Of a stretch of 64,000 nt of DNA, positions 22,049-34,800 are shown one piece after another. Made by a program: the position numbers and the translations under genes. Source of the DNA: Heterodontus francisci. Lineage: Eukaryota. The notes under the pieces are model-generated. The model made no database searches. It saw nothing but the letters and a program-made list of their open reading frames with translations, and was not told the DNA's origin. Numbering within the stretch: the stretch's first letter is position 1; the number at the start of each line of letters is the position of its first letter. Location: positions 8,945,850-9,009,849 of the forward strand of contig NC_090417.1 of NCBI RefSeq assembly GCF_036365525.1, given 5' to 3'.

Positions 22049-22897
22049 TGTTATGAAAGTGCTTCCATTTTTAAATATTTTTTGAGGACTCATGTTTTTG
22101 AATTTTGGAGATGGATTCATTGGAGGACTGATGTGATTCCATAGATGCTGCATTTTTTAAAAGGGTCACTGGAAGGGCTCTGTTTAAAATCATTTACTAG
22201 ATGGCACATGTTTTCAGCTAAGTAAACAACAGATGCCTTCTGAGAACAGAGTTGTTTAGTGAGAAGTGACATGTCAAGATTTATGGTGCTCAAGAGTGGG
22301 TTTCATTTTTAAATACTGTTTTGAGTCAGTTGGGTTTCTGGCCTGCTGAAAGAAACACCCAGCTCATCTTTTCTCCTCCTCTCTGGGAAACCCTAAAAAA
22401 AAATCCAATGAGTGATAGGTATAACACCTGATGCCACATTTCTCCCAAGAAGCTTCTGGAAGACTTCCTCTTGACATCTCCTGAACTGCTTCTGAAAAGA
22501 TCCCAGTGACCCGTCTACATGTACTCGGGCACCAGACCTAATGCCATCTGGAACATTGCAAATCTTATCCTTTTTCTTCAAGAATCAACAGGTACTTTGG
22601 CCAAAGCATCCTTATTTTTCCTTGAAACGGGATGTGTGTGTGTTGGGTATTCAGAAGGGAATATATATTTAATGTCACATTTCAAACTGTTAAAGCTTTG
22701 CATCTTGATTGATTCAGTCTTGTTTTATAATAAATTAATACTTTTTTTGTTTGCTAAAGAGACCTGGTTGGTGGATTTTATTCTAAAATAAAAATAGAGT
22801 AATTAATTGGCCGGGTAAACATTTAAGTGTATGTTGTGACCTGTGCAGAAGTGGAAGTAGAGAAAGACAGTCACATGCTGCTGCCTCAGTTGTAACT
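22049..22897 (+). mobile_element. Probable old solo LTR (Gypsy-like)
   Basis: Starts TGTTATG, ends TGTAAC(T), AATAAA near 22729; no matching TSD found. Confidence 0.4.
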
Positions 22898-24479
22898 CTG
22901 GAATATAGCTTTTTAAAAATCATGTGGTATTTGAGGCTGAAGCAAGATCTGTTCCCCATTCTTCTCTCATCAGCAGTTGTCTGGCAGGGATCTCCAAAGT
23001 TAACGAATTAACTAACAGAGATCATAACTATCAAAACCATATAAACCAACTGAAAAAAAACTTGTCGAATTGACTAAAGCTTCTAAGAAGGCTGACACAA
23101 GCACTAAAATGTTGAAACTTAAGAAGAGCCCTGACATATGAAATGGGCTTTGCAATATCAGCAGTATATATATATATATGACACTCCTTCACTTGGCAGG
23201 AAAAATATGATTCTGGAAAATCTTAAGGGGACAAGCAAATTTTGCAGGCAAAACCAGATCATCATCTCTTCACTAACTTATCTCAACAGTCATTCTCCCA
23301 CATCCAAATCTCCACCACCCCACTGCACGGTACCGCTTCCAGACCCAGATTACAAAGTCACAATAGCCCATCCAACTCCCATCCTTTCACAAAGATACAC
23401 TTCTCTAAACCTCCCAGTTTACTTTGGCACTCAATCTCTCTTCCCCATCTCAATTTAACCTGGCATTCATCTCTCCTTCAAACTCACTGGTCCTCTTCTT
23501 CCAGCCCCAGTCATACGGCATTCTCTGTCTTCATTCCTTATTAAAGCTGCCATTAACTTCTTCCTCCAGCTCAAAGCATCCCTGACTTCTGCTCTTGCCT
23601 TCATTATCATCCATTACCTCCCACCTGCATTGCTATATATTTCCTCCCCCTTCATCGCTCTCAATTCCCTCTCTCCACCACTGACTGCTCAGTCCCACTC
23701 TGACTTGAGTATAGCTGCTCGACTTGGCCACTCTCTCTCCCTTAAACACTGCCACCAGCATTAATGGTAGAGATTGTGACCTTACCATACTGCAGGCAGG
23801 AGCTCTGTTTTTGTGGAGGTTCCCACCTATGGTAAACAGAGACCACAATCTCTACCATCAGTGCTAGCGGTGGTATTGAGCTTGGAGAGGAACTCTGTCC
23901 CGTAGATTACCAACCAGACTTGATTAGGAGCAGAACCCTGAGTTTTATTGGCAAACAGTGATGATTACTGTGTGTACAAAGCCCTTGTATGACAACCAAA
24001 ACCCATCAGCATTGTCACAGCAATTGAATAAAACAATGAGAATGGGTGTCACGACCTACCCATGGTGATGGCAAATTCCAGCCATAATATATCTACCACA
24101 CATATTACTGAATACTATTAATTTTTAATTGAGAACAATCATTGAAAAATTCATATAATAGGAATTCATTGAAGCAAAAAAAAACATAAGTAGTTATTTT
24201 ACATATTTGGACATAACTATGAGAAAACATTAGAATGAGAAAAGGTCCAATAATCTACTCCTTCCCCACCACAGACGAGATGACATATTTTGATGAAACA
24301 AAAAAGGAATAATTACACCATGAATGGGGAAAGGCTGGGTTAGAGTAGAGGAATTGGAGTTCGGGTTCACACAATGTTGAAGAACAGCATCTCAAGTGGA
24401 GAAGGCCAAAAAAATGCTCATGAAATATTGGGATGAATGGCAAAAAATGAAGAATGTAAAAGTCAAGATGAAACAGTGT

Positions 24480-24975
24480 ATCTCTAAAACTGAAGTAAAA
24501 CCACAGCTGGAGTATTTATGCAGTTTTGGAAGAGGGGGAATTTGAGGCAATAAAGAGGATACAGCTCAGATTCACAAATCCAAAAAGACTTGAAAAACTG
24601 GGTAAGGTAATTTGATGGAGGTGTTTAAAATTATGCTAGTATGGAACAAAGGAGATTGAAACAGACTGTTTCCACTGATTGAGGGGTGGGGGTCTAGGGT
24701 GAGGGGACATGAATATAACATTAAATGTCAGCAATTTCGGACAGAGTAGCAGAACTTGCTTTATGCGGAGGGTTATGTGTAGTTGTGAAATGCGAGAGTT
24801 GGTGATTGTAACAGACCATGACAACATTTAAGCTAGATAGATGGTTATAGGAAACGGGAATAAAAGGGAATGGCAACAGGGCGGCTATGTGGGATTAGGA
24901 CTACTGCTCAGGTACAGGTTAAACCATAACGCAGACTGATTGGGCCAACAGCCTATTTCCGTGTTGTAATTCTGT
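24480..24975 (+). mobile_element. Old CR1 3' fragment
   Basis: PQLEY..QFW-like segment and tail GGGCCAACAGCCTATTTCCGTGTTGTAA. Confidence 0.6.
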
Positions 24976-25124
24976 GTCATTCTACATAATAAAGATAGCA
25001 CTGTGCACACACTGCGACTGGGGACGACAGGGCGTAAAGAATCAGGTGCCCAAGACCAAACAAACAAAAGTATTTGCACACACGGAGACAATTAAATTAA
25101 CTCAATAGAAGAAGTTGAGATGAT

Positions 25125-25130
25125 TTTATT
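25125..25130 (-). terminator. Candidate MYL7 poly(A) signal AATAAA
   Basis: TTTATT on plus about 660 bp past the stop, followed on minus by a GT/T-rich tract (TTTGTTTGTTTGG). Confidence 0.55.
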
Positions 25131-25784
25131 TAATTACTGAATCAGTGGAATTACAGTGACATCACACTTGTTAATCTATAAAAGTGGAGAGACAGCCTGA
25201 GAAACCTGTAACTGCTCAGTATAAGTTGTTACTGAAGCAAAATGGCCTGATCACAACTAAACCATCAAAAAAGTAGATCTGCCTGCCCAATGGTACACAG
25301 TCAGCATTGAGTCACATGGAGCAGAAAGATTCCAGCTTTGATCGCAACCCATGCTGAGTAATATTCGGTGTTCAAGGTTAGGGAAGGAAAAATCAGCCAG
25401 GTTCCTGCTCATCATTACTATCCAGTGTCACCTAATGAAGTGTGCATGTGTGTGTAGGCAGGCTCACTCCTCAGTAACTGAATATCCTGTCAGCACCCAC
25501 AATCTAGACTGACTCAGGAATCATGGACAAAAAAACAGAAATATTGACTCCAAGAAGCTGTATTCCAGTGAGGTGGCAATATTTTCAGTACTAGAGGGGA
25601 AGGGGACAAAATGGCAAGAAAAATGTTGATTAATGGTGGAGTAAGCATGACAATCTGAGGCTGGACATCTAAGGATAAGTTGTCCATTTTAAGAAGTCAT
25701 GTTTTATCTTCTGCTGAATCATACAGTCATTATTTCTGATGTTTTCATTGATGACAGAGGTCACCCACACAAACTGCATTCAAA

Positions 25785-25889
25785 CTATGCCTCTTCCTTC
25801 TCATCTCCATGTGTGATGATGTAACAGAGTGACTTATAATCAATGTTTCCTGCAACATCAATGGGAGTCACAGCAAACATCTGCTGTAC
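25785..25889 (-). CDS. MYL7: MYL7 exon 7
   Basis: [34 protein letters not shown]. Confidence 0.96.
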   Translation of the reverse strand, partial: VQQMFAVTPIDVAGNIDYKSLCYIITHGDEKEEA

Positions 25890-28800
25890 CTGTGGGGAGA
25901 AAAGGGACAGGAACAGAGACATTGTTAAAGAAGTGAGCATGGGACAGATGGATGGACAGCTGACAAGATCACACTCAGCTGTCAATATTTGAGAACAAAA
26001 GGATTTTTTCAATTTTAAAACAATCCCTGAACTCCATTATGTTTGCTGTGACAATATCCAATGAATACATCACAGTCGCATCAAACCACTAGAGTCAGAA
26101 ACTCAGTGTTTTCCAACTCCACTCCCTCTGCCTCTTTCCATTTCAATAACTTCGTAATTCCCAACACTCCGAAGTTGAAGTCAGAGAACCACCCATTGAA
26201 GGTTCAGTATTTCTGGGAAAAGCACCGCCCAGTATTCCAGGACATACCTCCACAAGGTGAATGGTCAGTCACCACAGACAGAGCACCACTCTGTGAAGGG
26301 TCAGTTTCCCAGGCAAAGAGTTTATAGAACTCCATTCAGAGAAGTCAGTGATCCCAGGAGACAATTTTACTCATCGAAGGGTCAAATCATCTTGGATGCA
26401 ACGACACTCAGTAAAAATTTGCATCACCTAGAATGTAGCCCCCTCTTATGGACAGTAAATATTCCCTGGACACAACCCTGTTCCCTGAAGGATTTAATTC
26501 CATCCCAGGTACAACTCCATTAGGTTCAGTCTGGTTCCACCCAAGTCCAACTGGTAAAGCTTGTTGAATGCCAGGAATCTCAGACCTTGAACTGTTTTAG
26601 GTTTAAATGCATAATTTGTCTTTTGAGATATAAACCTCACCTCATCTGCACTGAACTTGTCGGCCTGTGTCATCAGTAGTCTCTTAAATCTATGAAAGCA
26701 ATAAAAGAAAACAGTTAAGGTAAGGCTGAGCAGGATTTTAATGTCTTTGTCAAATTGAATCATGAATGGACTCAACCTGATGGTATAGACTCAGTAACAA
26801 AGAACAGTGCAGCACAGGAACAGGCCATTCGGCCCTCCAAGCCTGCGCCGATCTTGATGCCTGCCAAAACTAAAACCTTCTGCACTTCCGGGGACCGTAT
26901 CCTTCTATTCCCATCCTATTCATGTATTTGTCAAGATGCCTCTTCAACGTCGCTATCGTACCTGCTTCCACCACCTCCCCCGGCAGCAAGTTCCAGGCAC
27001 TCACCACCTTCTGTGTAAAGAACTTGCCTCGCTATTCCCCTCTAAACTTTGCCCCTCTCACCTTAAACCTATGTCCCCTAGTAACTGACTCTTACACCCT
27101 GGGAAAAAGCTTCTGACTATCCACTCTGTCCATGCTGCTCATAACTTTGTAAACCTCTATCATGTCGCCCCTCCACCTCCGTCGTTCCAGTGAAAATAAT
27201 CCGAGTTTATCCAACCTCTCCTCATAGCTAATGCCCTCCAGACCAGGCAACATCCTGGTAAACCTCCTCTGTACCCTCTCCAAAGCCTCCACGTCCTTCT
27301 GGTAGTGTGGCGACCAGAATTGCACGCAATATTCTAAGTGTGGCCTAACTAAAGTTCTGCACAGCTGCAGCATGACTTGCCAATTTTTATACTCTATGCC
27401 CTGACCGATGAAGGCAAGCATGCCGTATGCCTTCTTGACTACCTTATCCACCTGCGTTGCCACTTTCAGTGACCTGTGGACCTGTACGCCCAGATCTCTC
27501 TGCCTGTCAATACTCCTAAGGGTTCTGCCATTTACTGTATACTTCCCACCTGCATTAGACCTTCCAAAATGCATTACCTCACCTTTGTCCGGATTAAACT
27601 CCATCTGCCATTTCTCCGCCCAAGTCTCCAACCGATCTATATCCTGCTGTATCCTCTGACAATCCTCATCACTATCCGCAACTCCATCAACCTTTGTGTC
27701 GTCCGCAAACTTACTAATCAGACCAGCTACATTTTCCTCCAAATCATTCATATATGCTACAAAGAGCAAAGGTCCCAGCACTGATCCCTGCGGAACACCA
27801 CTAGTCACATCCCTCCATTCAGAAAAGCACCCTTCCACTGCTACCCTCTGTCTTCTATGACTGAGCCAGTTCTGTATCCATCTTGCCAGCTCACCTCTGA
27901 TCCCGTGTAATCCCATAATTAATTTGACTGTACTAGATCAGATCAGCCTTACCCTTATCTCTGTTAGTTATTGGAGAAAGAGCTTGCAATTAAAGAGCAC
28001 CTTCCATGCCCTCAGGAAAATACTTAAGTCTGTGTGCTAAATGGGTTTTGAACACAATCCAGCAGTTACATGTTCACCATTACTGATACGAGCTTTTTAT
28101 TCCCAACTTATTGAATTAACTGAAATTAAGTTCCCAACTGCTAACATATGCCAAAGCACTTGCATCCTAAAGCACTACACAGGCAAATGTCATCATGAAT
28201 CCAACTGGAACCCTGTCCCTACATGCGTCAGTGCCTTCAGCAGAGGAGGGGCTGTGAGAAAACTTTTCAAAGGAAGACAACTAAGAACATAACCTCGAGA
28301 AAAATATGCAACTGCCATGATTGGATTATGGACACGTTATCAGTATCCTGTATAAAGAAGCTCTGATGCTTAACATGCTATTTCGAAGATTCAGATTTCA
28401 CAGGAAGAAGCTATCACCTGAAACACTAAAACCTCAACCTCACGCAAGACTTTCGAGTGGATTTGATCTCACCTCACGGTTTTGATGGCTTTGTTACTCA
28501 CTCATCTTTGTTGACATGCCCTGTTCCCTGGGGATCAAACAGCTTGAAGGCATTCACAATGGTTTCTTCTGGATCAGTGCCTGTAGAGACAAAATACACA
28601 GAAAATTTATTGCTCTGGTGAGAATAGCTGGAGTTGCACAGTGTCACAATGAAGGTGAAAAGGCAAGAAGGACTTGCATTTACATACCTCAGGACATCCC
28701 AAAGCACTTTACAGTCAATGAAGTGCTTTCGAAATGTAGTCACTGTTGTAATGTAGGAAATGTGGCAGCCAATTTGTGCACAGCAAAGTCCCACAAACTA

Positions 28801-31800
28801 TGTGAGAATAACTGGATAATATGTCTTAGTGATGCTGTTTTAGGGGCAAATTGTGCAAACAGGTGAGAACTCACCGCTCTTCAAAATAGTGCTCTGACAT
28901 CTTTTAGGTCCATCTGAGAGAGCAGATGAGGCTTTAGGTTGAATGTTTCACTCAAAAGATGGCACCTGTGATAGTGCAGCACTCCCTCAGCACTCCACTG
29001 GAGCGTCAGCCTAGATTTTGTGCTCCAGTCCCTTTACTGGGACCCAAACCCAAGACCTTCTCACTCAGAGGCAACCACGTCTACCAAATATGGGTGTAGC
29101 GGCAGCAAGACATCTATCACTGTTATACAAGCAGATGCAAAAGGAACAGTAAGAAATCCTTCCAGTATTATAAGAGGAAGATAGTTCTAAGAATTAAGAT
29201 CCATTTAGGATGTAAATAAGGTTGGTGAATGTCAATTGCTTTAAGATTGTTGCCTTGCTCTTACCGCTCAGTTTTTCTCCAAAGAGACTAAGGAACACTG
29301 TGAAGTTCATGGGCCCCTTTCCCTCTTTCAGCATCTCCTCCAATTCTTCATCCTTCGTATTCAACTTACCTACAAATACATTCAGACAGATTAATACTTA
29401 TATAATCTGCACATTTCTCTGTATTTTTTTAATGGCTGACTGGCCTCCTCTAGCAATCTGATTGGTCTAAGGGGCCAGATAACTGTTAGCATCAGTCATT
29501 TGAGTACCATGGGCCAATTCCAATATTCCTGCTCGAAAGCTCGCCTTTTCATTCCCGAATCTGATTCCCGGACACACGTGATCTCTGTGAATGCTTTGAT
29601 ACTGAAACTACTGGATATCAAATCCCTCAAGATTACTAACAAGAACTGACAGACATGTTCACTTACCCAGCTGCATAAAGGTCTCCTTCAAGTCCTGTTT
29701 ACTAATAATCCCATCACGGTTCTGATCAATGCAGCCAAAGGCCTGTGAATCCATGACAGAAGTTGAATCAGTAGTTGCATTAGCATCGCCTATGAAGTTT
29801 GGTGTTCTTCACCACTCATAGGGTTACCTTCTCAGTACAGTCTGTATTGCATAGAGGTTTGTTACTTTTGTGCATGCATGGGCCCCCGAAAATAATTATT
29901 CTGCAAATACAGTCACCTTAATCGTTAACCTGCTGAATAAACAGGAAGTCCAAACTCTTCCACTATGAATTTTTATCCTCTTGACTTTTGCTTTCACCTT
30001 TGCTCTGTTCATTAGAAGAAAATGTGGTCTCGATTTTAACACCGGGCCAGTTTTCAGTGGTTGGGTTTTCTGCCAACCGGGCGGGAAGGCCTAAAACGTA
30101 GCATCCATTTTGTTCGGGAAGTTGGCATACAGCATGCGAATGAGGTCTGGCCGTTAAAATCAGTAAATCAGCCAATACTGCTTGCTGCCACCCCCCATAT
30201 GGTGCTTGTCAACCTCCTGACCAAAACAACCAGGAAGTCAGCGGGAAGCAGGTGCCCGGCCATGAAATGAGGGAATGGGCCCCAGCACTAAGTGAATATA
30301 TGGGAGTGAGAATCCTGGAGGCTGAAGGTTTCCATGTGGCGTCCTGGCAGCCACATGATACTCGAGTAATGGAGTTGTTGACTTATTGTAGCAATTACTC
30401 TCCAGCAATTCATCTACATCAGACGGAGACAAGACATGAGGAAAACCCCAATGGTGAAGAGCTTGGGGAACCATAGATTCAAGGTCACCTGAAGGTGACT
30501 ACACTGCTACACTTAGTACATATCATGTCGCAAATTACTCATATACTGCATCACAAAGTGTTATTTTCTGAACATTTAACTAATCTGCATCTGAATAAAT
30601 CAATACTAATTACTTCCACTGTCTCCTTAGCAAGTCTGTTCCATAGATTTATCTATGGCTGACTGAAATAACAGCTCCAATATTTACAGGGAAGTGTTCA
30701 GGATCGGGGCAGGGCCGCAGCCAGTTTAGCGGCTGGGAAACCCCAAAGGAGGAGTTTCCCTCAGGACTGGGCCACAGTCGGCAGCGTAGAGAAGGGAGGG
30801 AGAGAGCAGGGCTTTGGGGTCATCGACAGGGTATGTCCAGAGAGAAGATCGCAGAAGGCCTGGAGAGATCATGGAAGGTCTTCACATTGAGGTTACCAGC
30901 CATCATGTTGTGTGGCACTCCTGCTGTGCTAACTGGGATAGATTCCGAACAGATCTAGCAACTCAAAACTGGGCAGCCATGAGGCACTGTGGGCCATCAG
31001 CAGCAGGAGAATTGTACTCAACCACCATCTGTAACCTCATGGCCCGGCATATCCCCCACTCTACCATCACCATCAAGCCAGGGGATCAACCCTGGTTCAA
31101 TGAAGAGTGTAGGAGGGCATGCTAGGAGCATTACTAGGCATACCCAAAAAGAGGCGTCAGTCTGGTGAAGCTCCAACGCAGGACTACTTACATGCCAAAC
31201 AGCAGAAGCAGCATTGAATAGACAGGGCTAAGCAATCCCACAACCAATGGATCAGATCTAAGCTCTGCAGTCCTGCCACATCCAGTCGCGAATGGTGGTG
31301 GACAATTAAACAACTAACACGAGTAGGGAGCTCCACAAGTATCTCCATCCTCAATGGGGGAGCCCAGCACATCAGTGCAAAAAACAAGGCTGAAGCATTT
31401 GCATCCATCTTCAGCCAGAAGTGCCGAGTGGATGATCCATCTTGGCTTCTTCCTGAGGTCCCCAGCATCACAGATACCAGTCTTCAGCCAATCCGAATCA
31501 CTCCATGTGATATCAAGAAATAGCTGAAGGCACTGGATACTGCAAAGGCTATGGGCCCTGACAACATTCCGGCAATAGTACTGAAGACTCGTGCTTCAGA
31601 ACTAGCTGAGCCCCTAGCCAAGCTGTTCCAGTACAGCTACAACACTGGCATCTATCTGGCAATGTGGAAAATTGGCAGGTATATCTTGTGCACAAAAATC
31701 AGGACAAATCCAACCTGGCTAATTACCGCCCTATCAGTCCACTCTCGATCATCAGCAAAGTGATGGAAGGTGTCGTCGACAGTGCTATCAAGTGGCACTT

Positions 31801-34800
31801 GCCCAATAATAACTTGCTCACTGACACCCAGTTTCGGTTCTGCTAGGGCCACTCAGCTCCTGACCTCATTACAGCCTTGGTCCAAACATGGACAAAAGAG
31901 CTGAACTCAAGAGGTGAGAGTGAGAGTGACTGCCCTTGACATCAAGGCAGCATTTGACCGAGTATGGCATCAAGGAGCCTTAGCAAAACTGAGGTCAATG
32001 GGAATCAGGGGGAAAACTATCCGCTGGTTGGAGTCATACCTAGCGCAAAGGAAGATAGTTGTGGTTATTGAAGGTCAATCATTCAGTCCCAGGACATCAC
32101 TGCAGGTGTTCCTCAGGGGAGTGTCCTTGGCCCAAACATCTTCAGCTGCTTCATCAATGACCTTCCCTCCATCATAAGGTCAGAAGTGGGAATGTTCACT
32201 GATGATTGCATAATATTCAGCACCATTTGCAACTCCTCAGATACTGAAGCAGTCCGTGTCCTTATGCAGCAAGACCTGAACAACATCTAGGCTTGGGCTG
32301 TTCAGTGGCAAGTAATATTCGTACCACACAAGTGCCAGGCAATGACCATCTGAAACAAGAGAGAATCTAACCATCCCTTCCTTGATGTTCAATCGCATTA
32401 CCCTTGCTGATCCCCAACTGACAACATCCTGGGGGTCACCAATGACCATAACTGGATCAGCCACTTAAATGCTGTGGCTACAAGAGCAGGTCAGAGGCTA
32501 GGAATTCTATGGTGAATAACTCACCTCCTGTCTCCCCAATGCCTATCAACAAGGCACAAGTCAGGAGTGTGATGGAATACTCTCCACTTGCCTGGATGGG
32601 TGCAGCTCCAACAACACTCAAGAAGCTTGACACCATCTAGGACACAGCAACTCGCTTGATTGGTATCCCATCCACCACCTTCAACATTCACTCCTTCACC
32701 ACCAACGCACAGTGGCAGCAGTGTGTACCATTTACAAGATGCACTGCAGCAATTCACCTAGACTCCTTCAACAGCACCTTCCAAACCTGCGAACTTTACA
32801 ACCCAGAAGAACAAGGGCAGCAGAGGCATGGGAATACCACCACCTGCAAGTTCCTCTCCAAGCCACACACCATCCTGACTTGGAACTATATCGCCATTCT
32901 CTCACAGTTGCAGGGTCAAAGTCCTGGAACTCCCTTCCTAACAGCACTGTTGGTGTACAAACACCCCAAGGACTGCAGCAGTTCAAGAAGGCAGCTCACC
33001 CAACCTTCTCAAGGGCAATTAGGGGTGAGTAATAAATGCTCGCCTAGCCAGTGATGCCAACATCCCACAAACAAATAAAAAAAGGAGGAAAGGTTGCGAG
33101 GGGCTGGAGAAACTGGGGAGAGGGGAAGCCCATGGAAGAGATGCAAGAGAGTGAGGAGGAGATTGCAGGCCAGGGAGGACATCAGGAGGGCATCGGATCA
33201 AGGAAGGGGGTGGGGGGTTGATCACTGGGGAGGTTAACAGGTTTGCTTAGTGGACTGGAGGAAGCACTCCTGCTTCTCCTGGTTCACAAGAAGTGCTGTA
33301 AAGGAACTTGCCTGTTCCATCCAGCAGTCCCCGCTGGGAAACCTGGCTGGCTAGCATTAAAGCGAGGAAGGAGATAAACACAGCCTCATTAAAATATTTA
33401 AAAGAGGGACACGTCTCCTGAGATGGGGTTGGTTGCCTGCCCCATCACATCTCCATTAATATCAGAAGTGGACAAATTCAAGGCAGACTGGGTTTGGGTT
33501 TGAAATTTTTTACAATTTAACTTCCCACCCAATCCAAATCCATCCATTTTTGGCAGTTAAATTTACACCCAAACTTTCCACAGATCAGTTTTATAGCAAA
33601 GGCTGTGTCCTTTGATTCTACTATGCTGGACAAGGTGAAACAGCTTTAAAAATCTGCATTATCCAGTCCCTTTATAATCCTAAAAACAACAATCATATCA
33701 GCTCTAAACCCCTTTTTCAGTGAGAACATGCCCAATTTACATAAATGCTCCCTGTAATCCAGTTATTCTATCATCTCAATCATTCTAGTTACTCTCTTCT
33801 GTATCACTCCCAATAGCTGTAGTATCCTTTTGTGCAATGACGACCAGAACTGTATATTGTACTCTAAGTGCAGTCGCACCAATGATTTCTAAAGTTGCTG
33901 GATTATCTCACTATTTCAGCTCAATATTGATCTTTAATACATCCCAACATCTAATTTGCCTTACTGATTGCCACCGAGCCTTGTTGTGATAGCTTCAACC
34001 TATTCTCAGTTCGGACCCCCAGATCATTTTCACTTTCCATACACTTTATTTTCTTTCCATTTAAGCAATAATGAATGCCCCTGGATTTTTGTCCCCTCGT
34101 TGTGTTTTTCCATATGAACCTCATCTGCAACCTGTCCGCCCAATTTCCAAGTATATTCAAATCCTTTCTGTGCTGATCACATAGCAGTTAAACATTGATC
34201 GAGTGGAAGCCCATTCTGTTCACATTGGCTTGACTTTTTGGTGCACAGATAGCTATGTGACTGGAGTCTGTTATACCATGTTCTATGTAGCAACCTGGAG
34301 GAAGCCAAAGGTAAAAAAAGGTCATGGTGGTGGTGACCTTTACAACTACTGGCAGAACATGGCCCCTAGTCCAGGAGACAGTGAGTCCTGCCTCAAAAGA
34401 CTGGAAAGATCAGCAACAGCCTGGTGAAATGCACTCTCCTCTAACACTGCTTCAGAAATATCTAAGAAAATATAGCTTGACACCTGTGCGCTGGTGAGTT
34501 CCATTCACCTCCTGTCTTTAACAGGCCCAGCTGCTGCTTATCCTGGTTATTCATGCAGCTACTCCTGGTCCTCTTCCTCCGACTGTTCATCCATCCAAAG
34601 AGGTGAAGCAAAAAATACTCCCAGGTGAATGAGTGCTTCTGAAAGCAGTTAAGGGAAATGAAATCCAAAAGAAGCAATCTGGAAGATCAGAATCTGCACA
34701 CAGATCTAATAGCCTGAGTGGCTGTGGGTGAGTGACCTTTAAATACAGATTTACGGTCATGTAAATCAGTTCATGAAGCCATATGGGACTAAGCTTTACT

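Noticed and set aside
30026-33570. Possible large DNA element bracketing the LINE in MYL7 intron 2
   Set aside because: Putative TIRs match only about 10/15 with no TSD; GC-rich flanks suggest a split MITE but boundaries are unsupported
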